Part shown: one piece after another, positions 36,614 to 44,838 of the stretch
How positions within the stretch are numbered: position 1 is the stretch's first letter
Layout of the letters: each line of letters opens with the position of its first letter
Source: a virus
Strand: one strand, 5' to 3'
UHGV virus genome: UHGV-1522278
DNA length: 54,320 nt
Position numbers and translations under genes: made by a program
Notes under the pieces: generated by a model
Databases searched by the model: none
What the model was told of the DNA's origin: nothing
The model's input: the letters and a program-made list of their open reading frames with translations, nothing else

Positions 36614-37294
36614 ATGATTCATGTTCGAACAGGACAATTTGCGGCTGTGGTCGATGGCAGGCGGTATGTGTTTAATCCCTGCTTTGCTGCAATGGCTAAG
36701 ATCGGCAGTGACAGGGAATTGGTCGAATACTTCGCAACTGTGCACGGTGGTAAATATCCACAGCGTTTGCCAACGGATCCAGACCTCCGCAATCGCATTA
36801 TGGCGCGTTGTTATGGTGAGTTAGTGCAAACGTCCATCCACGTCCTGAAATGTTGCTCAGAATGCGAAATAGGCCAGTTATTGGGCGAATGCAGCTTTAC
36901 TCCTTCGGGTAAGTTGAGACTGAAACCTGGGTTGATGCCCACCAGCGACGTTATCACGCTGGCGCAACACTGCATGTTCCACGGTTTAATTGGTGACGGT
37001 CCAGAGGAAGACACGGGCGAAAACCATGATGGCGAGTACAAGCCCACATTCGACATCCTCGAATATGTTTACTCCGCCGTTGCTCACCTGGGATTGTCTG
37101 AATCTGAAGCATGGGGCATGACAATGACCGGATATAGGGCCGCTGTACGAGCTAAAACGCCACCAGACGAAAGAAACGAGAAAGGTAAACCAAACGTTCA
37201 TATAAATAAACGTGATTATGATGAGCAAATGGAGGCCGCTAAAAGGGTGCTGGAATTGATGAAAAAACGCGAGCAAGAAAAAGCCCGGGGTTAG
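36614..37294 (+). CDS. tail assembly chaperone (putative)
   Basis: start at the ATG at 36614; between major tail and tape measure genes; no G/GT frameshift identified. Confidence 0.5.
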   Translation: MIHVRTGQFAAVVDGRRYVFNPCFAAMAKIGSDRELVEYFATVHGGKYPQRLPTDPDLRNRIMARCYGELVQTSIHVLKCCSECEIGQLLGECSFTPSGKLRLKPGLMPTSDVITLAQHCMFHGLIGDGPEEDTGENHDGEYKPTFDILEYVYSAVAHLGLSESEAWGMTMTGYRAAVRAKTPPDERNEKGKPNVHINKRDYDEQMEAAKRVLELMKKREQEKARG

Positions 37295-37300
37295 CCGGGC
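37261..37300 (-). terminator. terminator hairpin for the minus-strand cassette (overlaps the chaperone stop)
   Basis: GCCCGG-ggttag-CCGGGC; on the minus strand it is followed by a T-rich tract. Confidence 0.5.
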
Positions 37301-37334
37301 GTTATATGTCGATGATGCTTTTTGATAGTGCCCA

Positions 37335-37751
37335 TTATCTGAACCTTACTATTTCAATTCTGCCGTTGCCCAAGTCAATGATGGCATGATTTTTTATACC
37401 CGCGCCGCCTTCGTTAAATATTCTTTCAGCAAATGCGGCTTTATCAGCGTTACACTCATTGGCTATTCTGTTTCTTATTTCATCGTTGCCTTCGAATACG
37501 ACGCCTACAGCAGCCTCCTTCACAAGCCCCCAGTTAAACCATCTTGCGTAAACTGGTTTACCTTCGAAATGCTTATCAATTGCTTCATAAAAAACCTTAA
37601 TGGCGGCCGGTTCCTTCTTGAAAATTTTATGGTATTCGGCAACGTTGTTTGCTACTTCATTGCAGTTTATGTTTATTGCTTCGTTTGCATTGGCGTTGAA
37701 TGCCATACCAACCATTACCGCCATCACCGCCGCTTTGATTAACCGTTTCAT
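37335..37751 (-). CDS. secreted protein of unknown function (minus-strand insert in the tail module)
   Basis: 138 aa; signal peptide MKRLIKAAVMAVMVGMAFNANA; two Cys; opposite strand to all flanking tail genes. Confidence 0.65.
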   Translation of the reverse strand: MKRLIKAAVMAVMVGMAFNANANEAININCNEVANNVAEYHKIFKKEPAAIKVFYEAIDKHFEGKPVYARWFNWGLVKEAAVGVVFEGNDEIRNRIANECNADKAAFAERIFNEGGAGIKNHAIIDLGNGRIEIVRFR

Positions 37752-37763
37752 AACCCACCCCGC

Positions 37764-37850
37764 TTAGTTTTTATTTTTAAGTGCTTTCAGCATTTCTTCT
37801 ATAAAGTCGGCATAGTGCTCATGCTCGTTGGGTCGGTAGTAGTTTTTCAT
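37764..37850 (-). CDS. small ORF (28 aa) upstream of the secreted-protein gene
   Basis: GAGGA RBS; 12-nt gap to the next gene. Confidence 0.35.
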   Translation of the reverse strand: MKNYYRPNEHEHYADFIEEMLKALKNKN

Positions 37851-38007
37851 TTTCTTATCCTCTTTTGCTTCCTCCGGTTAATCCGGCCTTTTAAGTCCCT
37901 TCGCTCTATCCCTTTTCTTTATCTTCTTTATACAAAATGTACTCGTTGAAGTGAAGCCATTTTGTATAAAATAGAGACGTGGATCACATTTCGTATGAGG
38001 TTAAATC

Positions 38008-40347
38008 ATGGCTACCAGTTTAGGTACAATTTATTACGAAGTCGATGCAAAAACTGGTCAGCTTCTTGTCGCTCAACGACAGGCAGACCAGGCTTTTGAC
38101 AGTATAGAACGCGGCGCAAAACGTGCTGACCGCCAGGTAAACACACTGAAGACATCAATCAAAGCACTGTCCAGGGTTATACATCTGCTACTTGCCGCAG
38201 AGGCTGTACGCCAGTTTATTGACATGGCGGAGCAAGCAAAAATGCTTCGCGTAAAAATCAAAATGCTTACTGGTGATGCAGAGGTCGCAGGACGTGTTTT
38301 CGATGGCCTGAAAGAAATATCAAAAGAAACCGGGCAAAGCCTGAAGGATACTGGCGAACTATGGCAAGGCCTGGCTATCTCACTGAAGAACACGTCAGCT
38401 ACGGATGGTCAATTGCTTAACCTGGTTGGCACGATTCAAAAGATGGGGGCGTTAGGCGGCGCGTCAGCGGAACAGATGTCTAATTCTATGCGCCAGTTCC
38501 GCCAGTCTATAGACGGTGGCGTTCTTCGTGCCGAAGAGTTTAACAGTCTGCTTGAAAACACGCCGACCATCGTACAGACAATGGCCCGCCATATGGGGTT
38601 GTCAATGGGTCAGTTCCGCGCCGAAATGCTGGACGGCAAGATCACGGCTGAAAGGATGGTTAACGCGATCCAGGCAGCTACACAGGAAACAAACGAGAAG
38701 TTTGCACAGTTGCCTCGCACATCCGGCAAGGCTATCAATGAGCTTAAAGTAGAGGTGATGGGGCTTGTTGAGCAACTGGATGATCTTTTCGGTGTATCAG
38801 ATGGCGTTGTGTCAGCTATCGACCTAATAACTGGCGGCGTTGAGGGATTAGGTAAAGGTGCAAAATTCGCCGCAACCTGTTTCAATACACTCAAAACCGC
38901 TGGCAGCGAGTTTATAGACATGTTTGACGACGTTGCTGTTAAAGCTGGTGAGGTGGCGGAAGAGATTATCAGGATGGTAACGCCAATAAAAGCGCTAATG
39001 GATGGCTACAAATGGATGAAGGAGATCATTGATAAACGCAAGGAAGAGCTAAACAGCAATAACGAGAAGAAATTCGGCCCCACCATTGGCAAATTCATGA
39101 CGTTTAAGAATGACATCGAAAAAGCAACTGCCGCTTATGATGAGTTCATGCAGAAACAGGGTGAGGCTAACGATGGCAAGATCACCGGATTCGATCAGCC
39201 AGTTGGTAAGCCGAAAAAACCGAAAAAACAAAAGAAATCTGAAGCTGATCGGCTTGGTGATGAAGGTATAAAAGTGTCCGACCAGTACAACAAGGACGCC
39301 GCCGCTATGCGTAAAGCACTGGAGAACGGCAAGGCCATTGATGCTGCATTCGCCCAGGGAAAAATAACCCTCCTTGAGTACAAGGCCGCGCAGAAAGGGA
39401 TAGGTAAGGAACTGAAGGACGAATTGGCCCAAATCCCGGTGGAAGAATTGCAAGACAAATGGGCGCACATAGTAAGCCCAATGGATCAACTTAAGGGCGA
39501 AATTGACCCCATCAAACAGGTGCAGAATGAGTGGGCCGTCAAAAAACAAATGCTGATAGACCTGGGCGCTACAGAAGCGCAACAGAAACAGGCGCTTTTG
39601 GAATATGAGCAACAGATACGAGATCTGAAGTGGGAACAATGGCAGGCGCAAAGCGACACGAATAGCCTAATCGGTGCTTGTGTTAGTGGCCTAAAAGGTG
39701 GCATGGGTAATGCGCTCACCGGCCTGTTAAACGGTACTCAATCATTAAGCGAGGTTTTCGCCAACCTGGGAAGCAGTATCCTCAATACCGTTGGCAACAA
39801 ACTATCAGAGATTGCCGCTAACTGGATAGCAGATCAATTGATGATGGAAACGCAAAGCAAGGCTACCCAGGCAAGTACAACTGCTGGCGCTGTGGCGGCG
39901 CAAGGTCAGATTGCTGCGGCGGCGGCCCCGGCTGCGGCTGCAACGGCTGCGTCAACTGGTGGTAGCTGGGCTGCGGCTGGTGCTGCGGCACTTTCTGCGA
40001 TCATGTCGCTGGCAACATCAATTTTTGGCGGCGGGCGTTATAATGGTGGTTCTGTAAATGGTGGCAGCCTGTATCGCGTAGGGGAACACGGGATTCCTGA
40101 GTTATTCCAGACGAGCAACGGGCGTCAGTATATGATTCCTGGGGAAAATGGCAGGGTTATTCCTGGCCGCGATCTCTTCAATGGTGGCGGCATCAATATG
40201 CCTGTTAACATCACAGTACAGACCACAAACGGATTTAGCGACGAAGACGGTCGCAGACTTGAACAGACGATGGAACGCGTAGCAATGAAAATGATGGCAA
40301 GGGAATCGCAACGACCGGGAGGAATGTTGCAACCGCGCCGCAAATAA
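38008..40347 (+). CDS. tail tape measure protein
   Basis: 779 aa; long helical protein with Ala/Gly-rich segment; position before the M/L/K/I/J-like genes. Confidence 0.85.
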   Translation: MATSLGTIYYEVDAKTGQLLVAQRQADQAFDSIERGAKRADRQVNTLKTSIKALSRVIHLLLAAEAVRQFIDMAEQAKMLRVKIKMLTGDAEVAGRVFDGLKEISKETGQSLKDTGELWQGLAISLKNTSATDGQLLNLVGTIQKMGALGGASAEQMSNSMRQFRQSIDGGVLRAEEFNSLLENTPTIVQTMARHMGLSMGQFRAEMLDGKITAERMVNAIQAATQETNEKFAQLPRTSGKAINELKVEVMGLVEQLDDLFGVSDGVVSAIDLITGGVEGLGKGAKFAATCFNTLKTAGSEFIDMFDDVAVKAGEVAEEIIRMVTPIKALMDGYKWMKEIIDKRKEELNSNNEKKFGPTIGKFMTFKNDIEKATAAYDEFMQKQGEANDGKITGFDQPVGKPKKPKKQKKSEADRLGDEGIKVSDQYNKDAAAMRKALENGKAIDAAFAQGKITLLEYKAAQKGIGKELKDELAQIPVEELQDKWAHIVSPMDQLKGEIDPIKQVQNEWAVKKQMLIDLGATEAQQKQALLEYEQQIRDLKWEQWQAQSDTNSLIGACVSGLKGGMGNALTGLLNGTQSLSEVFANLGSSILNTVGNKLSEIAANWIADQLMMETQSKATQASTTAGAVAAQGQIAAAAAPAAAATAASTGGSWAAAGAAALSAIMSLATSIFGGGRYNGGSVNGGSLYRVGEHGIPELFQTSNGRQYMIPGENGRVIPGRDLFNGGGINMPVNITVQTTNGFSDEDGRRLEQTMERVAMKMMARESQRPGGMLQPRRK

Positions 40348-40351
40348 ACAA

Positions 40352-40381
40352 AACCCCGGTACAATGCCGGGGTTATCTTTT
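40352..40381. terminator. bidirectional rho-independent terminator
   Basis: AACCCCGG-tacaatg-CCGGGGTT with T/A-rich flanks on both strands. Confidence 0.55.
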
Positions 40382-40556
40382 AGTTATTCTCAAAACTTGT
40401 ATATCCTCTTTCAATTTTCCCTCCGTGTACACTTCTGGCAAATACCGCGTCAGTATACCTGAAAAATGGGCATGTATATGTATCCCCTTTACTATCCATA
40501 TATTTTAGCACCCACGCCATACGTTTTACGTTGCTTTTATTTGCCGGGTTTTTCAT
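40380..40556 (-). CDS. small protein (58 aa), last gene of minus-strand cassette B
   Basis: GGAGG RBS; MKNPANKSNVKRMAWVLKYMDSKGDTYTCPFFRY... Confidence 0.4.
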   Translation of the reverse strand: MKNPANKSNVKRMAWVLKYMDSKGDTYTCPFFRYTDAVFARSVHGGKIERGYTSFENN

Positions 40557-40574
40557 TTTATTTTCCTCCGCAAA

Positions 40575-40667
40575 TCACAATCTTCCGTTTCTTGCTACAT
40601 AGCTGCGAGCAAACATCACCTGCCAGATGTTCCAGATCTCCCTCCAGGTGAATTTATCGTCATCCAT
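40575..40667 (-). CDS. micro-ORF (30 aa) in cassette B
   Basis: GAGGTGA RBS overlapping the upstream stop; Trp-rich MDDDKFTWREIWNIWQVMF... Confidence 0.25.
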   Translation of the reverse strand: MDDDKFTWREIWNIWQVMFARSYVARNGRL

Positions 40668-40675
40668 ATTTCACC

Positions 40676-40930
40676 TCATTTATGTGCCCCTTTTACGCCA
40701 CAGTGGCGGTTGTATTCCAGATGGTCAATAATTAACCACATCTTTAGATCTTCGCTGAATAACCGCCAATCGGGGTTGATGTCAAATTTATAACCGTAGC
40801 CATCGCGTAATTTTTTGGGGTTGGCCTCTTTTTTCAGGAAAGCATTTAATAAAGCCTTGCCTTTTTTGATGATCCGTTCCTGGGCGTTTTTCTGTGCTTT
40901 CAGGTTTTTGCCAATCATTACCAATTTCAT
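40676..40930 (-). CDS. hypothetical protein (84 aa, Lys-rich N-terminus) in cassette B
   Basis: GGGGTGAG RBS; no motif recognised. Confidence 0.55.
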   Translation of the reverse strand: MKLVMIGKNLKAQKNAQERIIKKGKALLNAFLKKEANPKKLRDGYGYKFDINPDWRLFSEDLKMWLIIDHLEYNRHCGVKGAHK

Positions 40931-40950
40931 AACTCACCCCACGCAATCAA

Positions 40951-41106
40951 TCAGTTGACCACTTTCAGGAAGAAATCACGGTATTCATCTTCTTTTGCAT
41001 TCATCATAAATTGACCGTATTTGAATGCATCATCAAAACCCTTCACAATCGCAACTTCCACCTGTTCGAATGCTTTGTTTAGCATTACCACTACATAGCG
41101 TTCCAT
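40951..41106 (-). CDS. small protein (51 aa), first gene of cassette B
   Basis: AAGGAGG RBS; MERYVVVMLNKAFEQVEVAIVKGFDDAFKYGQFMMNAKEDEYRDFFLKVVN. Confidence 0.4.
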   Translation of the reverse strand: MERYVVVMLNKAFEQVEVAIVKGFDDAFKYGQFMMNAKEDEYRDFFLKVVN

Positions 41107-41275
41107 ATTGGCCTCCTTTGTTGGTGCTGCTTTCTCTTCTTGATTTCTATATACATCTTGTCACGTCATGTGTGAAGCCGTTTTGTAAACTGGGTATAAT
41201 TCTTGTGACAAAGTTCTCATTTTTCGCGTAGAAGCGCGTAAAGATGTATGCAATATGTAACTTATAGGGGGAATC

Positions 41276-41629
41276 ATGCCGGAAGTTTTCAGATGGACGC
41301 CGCAAAGAAGCTACAGCGTGACCAGGGAACCAAATGTGTCAGTCGTTAAACTTGGTGATGGTTATGAGCAAAGGCAGGCAAAAGGTATCAACACATTACT
41401 TGATAGCTACACCCTGGTTTTTAAAGGCAGTAGCGCAGGATGCGGTGATAGCGGGAACGTAGCGATCCAGGCGGAAGCATTCTTGAGGGCGCGCGGCGCT
41501 GTCGAGGCTTTCTACTGGACGCCGTCGATGGATAGGGTGCAAAGGCTTTTCGTTTGCCGTAGCTGGAGTATGACTAAGGACGGACCTGTGTACACGCTAA
41601 ACGCAACGTTTGAACAAGTTGTTGGCTAA
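41276..41629 (+). CDS. M: minor tail protein M (lambda gpM-like)
   Basis: 117 aa; alignable to lambda M (FRW...GDGY.QR......FEQVV). Confidence 0.85.
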   Translation: MPEVFRWTPQRSYSVTREPNVSVVKLGDGYEQRQAKGINTLLDSYTLVFKGSSAGCGDSGNVAIQAEAFLRARGAVEAFYWTPSMDRVQRLFVCRSWSMTKDGPVYTLNATFEQVVG

Positions 41630-41826
41630 TGGAGGTTGTTATGTACGGGACTTGTGTAGTTGACAAAACTGACGCTTTTACATTGTTTGACGACTATGAG
41701 ATCAACGACCTTACTGTAAAGGCTGACAATGGCGATACCTGGTATCTTCATGATGTTGGTGACGGGTATGTGGGATGCAGATCCAGGGAAGGCAAGGAGG
41801 TTTTATTTTTGGTTGATGGCGTGTAA
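41629..41826 (+). CDS. hypothetical protein
   Basis: 65-aa ORF coupled to the M gene stop, followed by a terminator. Confidence 0.45.
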   Translation: MEVVMYGTCVVDKTDAFTLFDDYEINDLTVKADNGDTWYLHDVGDGYVGCRSREGKEVLFLVDGV

Positions 41827-41830
41827 TAAC

Positions 41831-41856
41831 AACCCCGCTTCTCGCGGGGTTTTCTT
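41831..41856. terminator. bidirectional rho-independent terminator (near-identical copy at 50286-50313)
   Basis: AACCCCGC-ttctc-GCGGGGTT followed by TTTCTT. Confidence 0.6.
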
Positions 41857-41857
41857 G

Positions 41858-41995
41858 TCAGTAGTTAATGTAAATCAAACTCATTGGGTGAGCGTGCGCC
41901 ATATTATTGGCTATCGCCGCCCAATCCCAATCAGCAGCGTGAACGCCAAATACTATAAGTCCCATTATTATTAGCGCCAAAACTTCTATTTTCAT
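41858..41995 (-). CDS. small secreted/membrane peptide (45 aa), last gene of cassette C
   Basis: AGGTGA RBS; signal-peptide-like MKIEVLALIIMGLIVFGVHA then a Trp/His-rich tail. Confidence 0.35.
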   Translation of the reverse strand: MKIEVLALIIMGLIVFGVHAADWDWAAIANNMAHAHPMSLIYINY

Positions 41996-42005
41996 AATCT
42001 GTCAC

Positions 42006-42254
42006 CTATAAGTTATCACGCAGATAATTAACGCCCTTATCAGTGACGAATGAATGGTTAACCTGGTTTTCATCCGTCATGATGATGAATAACTTTTCCT
42101 GTAGGTATTTCGCTTTTGGGTACAGTGTTAAACAGACTTGATACAGTATCCCGCGCTCAATCAGCAAATCAATAAATTCGTGTTCATGATAACCGATGAG
42201 GCGGGCGGCCTGTTTCAACGTGTACACATAATCGCCGTGATTGCGCCGCCCCAT
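42006..42254 (-). CDS. hypothetical protein with HTH-like segment (82 aa) in cassette C
   Basis: YTLKQAARLIGYHEHEFIDLLIERGIL resembles an HTH. Confidence 0.55.
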   Translation of the reverse strand: MGRRNHGDYVYTLKQAARLIGYHEHEFIDLLIERGILYQVCLTLYPKAKYLQEKLFIIMTDENQVNHSFVTDKGVNYLRDNL

Positions 42255-42263
42255 GTTGCCGCC

Positions 42264-42614
42264 TTATTTATCGAATGCGCCCAGGTTATCTATGCAGAAA
42301 TCTTTTGCCGCTTTTTCGTATTCGCGTTTTGCTTGCGGATCGTCTGCCGGGAAACCTTTTGCGTGTATTTCACCAGGGCAAGACTGATCCATAGAGTCAG
42401 CAAGGTTAACATTGACATTGAAATTGACATCTTTCGGGTTCATCTCTTCCACCTTATCCGGTACTTGTACTGGAACAACATAATAATAACGAGCATTAGA
42501 CCAACAGCGCAGTAATTCACGACCTTCATCACACGCTGATTCATATGTATCAAATAGCCCCATGCGTTCCCATTCGTATTTATCAGTCCACACGTCTAAT
42601 CTGTATTTTTCCAT
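42264..42614 (-). CDS. hypothetical protein (116 aa) in cassette C
   Basis: no motif recognised; tightly packed with neighbours (9- and 15-nt gaps). Confidence 0.55.
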   Translation of the reverse strand: MEKYRLDVWTDKYEWERMGLFDTYESACDEGRELLRCWSNARYYYVVPVQVPDKVEEMNPKDVNFNVNVNLADSMDQSCPGEIHAKGFPADDPQAKREYEKAAKDFCIDNLGAFDK

Positions 42615-42629
42615 TTTTTGTTATAACCC

Positions 42630-42785
42630 TCATTTGACAGGTTCGATCCTGTACCCCAAAACGCGTTCGTCTTCAGCGAGTAAGAGCGCGTCGGTAAGTG
42701 CCTCGCCTTCATCTTTATACAGGGCCACAGTCATTTTCCTGCCATCCGCAAGGAACACCGTCAACCTCCACACCTTGTCATCCAT
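42630..42785 (-). CDS. small protein (51 aa), first gene of cassette C
   Basis: start at the ATG at 42785 with GGAGGTG RBS; MDDKVWRLTVFLADGRKMTVALYKDEGEALTDALLLAEDERVLGYRIEPVK. Confidence 0.45.
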   Translation of the reverse strand: MDDKVWRLTVFLADGRKMTVALYKDEGEALTDALLLAEDERVLGYRIEPVK

Positions 42786-42913
42786 TTCACACCTCCGCGC
42801 CATTTTGTTAACCATGCTTCCTTTTGAGTACAATATACATATTGTAAAAAACGCGATCAACCGTTTTGGCATGATTTAGCGTGATTTAGATCACAAAATG
42901 ACAAGGTGATAAA

Positions 42914-43618
42914 ATGCGCAGCATACCTACAGAAATGATTATTGATTCCGTGGATGCCGGAGTCGGCGCGGTCATTGACTTATTTGAACTGGACCTCACG
43001 CCCCTGGGTGGCGAGGTTATCCGCTTCCATTCCGGCGCGAATGGTTATTACGGCCCTGTTATCTGGAAGGGATTGGCTTACAACAGCTACCCAATCGAGG
43101 CTACCGGCTTCGAAATGAAAAACGAAGGCGTTTACTCACGCCCCCAAATGGTCGTAGCCAACATTGGCGGCCTAATCACTGGGATGAATAACGATTTTAA
43201 CGACCTGCGAGGAATGAAGGTTACGCGCCGCCAGGTGGAAGTAAAATACCTGGATGCTGTTAACTTCCCCAATGGCAACCCGGATGCAGATCCGTCTATC
43301 GAGGCGGTATCTTTTTACGTCGTTGAGGCGATGAGCGAAGAAACAGCCGACCAGGTGCAATATGAACTGTCAACGCCAATTGATGCTGACAAGGCTGTTA
43401 TCCCTGGGCGCACAATCCTCGCTGACGTTTGCCAGTGGCAATATCGCGGCGACGGTTGCAGATACAGTGGCGGCCCTGTAGCCACTGACAAAGACGAGCC
43501 AACCAGTGATCCGAAGCTGGATAAATGCAGCCACCGCCTGAGCGGTTGCCGTTTGCGATTCCCGCGCCCGAATCCGTTACCGATTTCATGTTTCCCCGGA
43601 TCAAGTAAGGTCGGTTGA
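42914..43618 (+). CDS. L: minor tail protein L (lambda gpL-like)
   Basis: 234 aa; gpL-like sequence with C-terminal Cys cluster (CQWQYRGDGC...CSHRLSGC). Confidence 0.85.
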   Translation: MRSIPTEMIIDSVDAGVGAVIDLFELDLTPLGGEVIRFHSGANGYYGPVIWKGLAYNSYPIEATGFEMKNEGVYSRPQMVVANIGGLITGMNNDFNDLRGMKVTRRQVEVKYLDAVNFPNGNPDADPSIEAVSFYVVEAMSEETADQVQYELSTPIDADKAVIPGRTILADVCQWQYRGDGCRYSGGPVATDKDEPTSDPKLDKCSHRLSGCRLRFPRPNPLPISCFPGSSKVG

Positions 43619-43620
43619 TT

Positions 43621-44352
43621 ATGGCACTTGAAGATAAAATGATTCGCTATGCAGCGGCCCACCCTGACGAGGAAGTATGCGGGCTGGTGATAGATAATGA
43701 TTATTTTTACCCGTGCTTAAACGTGTCTGAAACGCCTCACAACAGCTTTAAAATCTCGCCTGACGATTATATCAAAGCTGACGAATTAGGCGTTATAACA
43801 GCCGTTTTTCACTCCCATACTGACGATTCGTTGGTATTGTCAGCACTGGATCGGCAGCAACAGGTTATTTCCGGCCTGCCGTGGTATTTGTGTTCCGGTG
43901 GCAGGGTAAGAAAATTCCGCCCGGTTGCGCACCTGTTGGGCCGTAAATTTGAGCACGGGAAAACGGATTGTTACTCGCTTTTTCGTGACGCCTATCACCT
44001 TTGCGGCGTGGATCTACCGGACTTTGAGCGCCACGATGGGTGGTGGCTGCGTGGGGAAAACCTGTACATAAAAAACCTGCCATTGAACGGGTTTTTCATG
44101 GTTGACGCGCAAAGTATTCAGCCTGGTGATGTGATTATTCGCCAGCCGTTTAAGGGTGCAGATCCATGCCACGCGATGATTTACCTGGGTGACAACACTG
44201 TTTTGCATCATGACAATGCCGGACTGTTAAGCCGCCGCGAGCAAATGCGGCCCGCGTATGTTCGACAGACTAATTCAATATGGAGATCTGACAAATGCTC
44301 AAATTTAGATTTACGGGCAATCTTCGAAGATATTACGGCAAGGTGTGTTTAA
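43621..44352 (+). CDS. K: tail assembly protein K (lambda gpK-like; JAMM/MPN plus NlpC/P60-like)
   Basis: start at the ATG at 43621; JAMM motif FHSHTDDS; Cys/His peptidase-like C-terminal region. Confidence 0.85.
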   Translation: MALEDKMIRYAAAHPDEEVCGLVIDNDYFYPCLNVSETPHNSFKISPDDYIKADELGVITAVFHSHTDDSLVLSALDRQQQVISGLPWYLCSGGRVRKFRPVAHLLGRKFEHGKTDCYSLFRDAYHLCGVDLPDFERHDGWWLRGENLYIKNLPLNGFFMVDAQSIQPGDVIIRQPFKGADPCHAMIYLGDNTVLHHDNAGLLSRREQMRPAYVRQTNSIWRSDKCSNLDLRAIFEDITARCV

Positions 44353-44825
44353 ACGTTGATACGCCAGCGCAAGGACTTAGCATATTGACCGCGCAGGATC
44401 AGGAGTTCAAGAAGGCTTTTTTAAATACACCTTTGCGCTTACGAATTGCCGGAAAAGATTATGACGAAAAGACGGCCCCGGCAGCGGTTAATAGTAAATA
44501 CCCTGACGGAACTACAGTGATTGTTGCGCCAGTGGTGGAAGGTGGTATTGCTGGGATTGGCGTTGTAGGCTGGATTTTAATCGGTGTTTCTGTTGTTAGC
44601 GTTGCTTTCTCGATCTTTATGTCACGCAACATGAAGATAAAAACATCAGCAGAAAGCGCACAAGATAACACCATATCTAACAACACATACACCAGCATTG
44701 AGAACAAAGTAGGACAGGGTAGACCAGTGCCAATCCTGTTGGGTGAAATGAAAATAGGTTCAAATGTCGGGTCGTTAGGCATAGACACAAGCAACAACAG
44801 AGACGCCCTTGACGTTGTAAGTTAA
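44295..44825 (+). CDS. I: tail assembly protein I (lambda gpI-like)
   Basis: 176 aa; overlaps the K gene 3' end as in lambda; internal hydrophobic segment. Confidence 0.75.
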   Translation: MLKFRFTGNLRRYYGKVCLNVDTPAQGLSILTAQDQEFKKAFLNTPLRLRIAGKDYDEKTAPAAVNSKYPDGTTVIVAPVVEGGIAGIGVVGWILIGVSVVSVAFSIFMSRNMKIKTSAESAQDNTISNNTYTSIENKVGQGRPVPILLGEMKIGSNVGSLGIDTSNNRDALDVVS

Positions 44826-44838
44826 CAGGAGAAAAACC

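Noticed and set aside
36614-37294. Looked for a lambda G/GT-type -1 programmed frameshift in the tail chaperone gene
   Set aside because: No second overlapping frame of adequate length and no obvious slippery heptamer seen; the downstream space is occupied by the minus-strand secreted-protein gene.
38073-40364. Several minus-strand ORFs (up to 200 aa) within the tape measure gene
   Set aside because: Entirely overlapped by the long, well-supported plus-strand tape measure ORF; typical spurious antisense frames.
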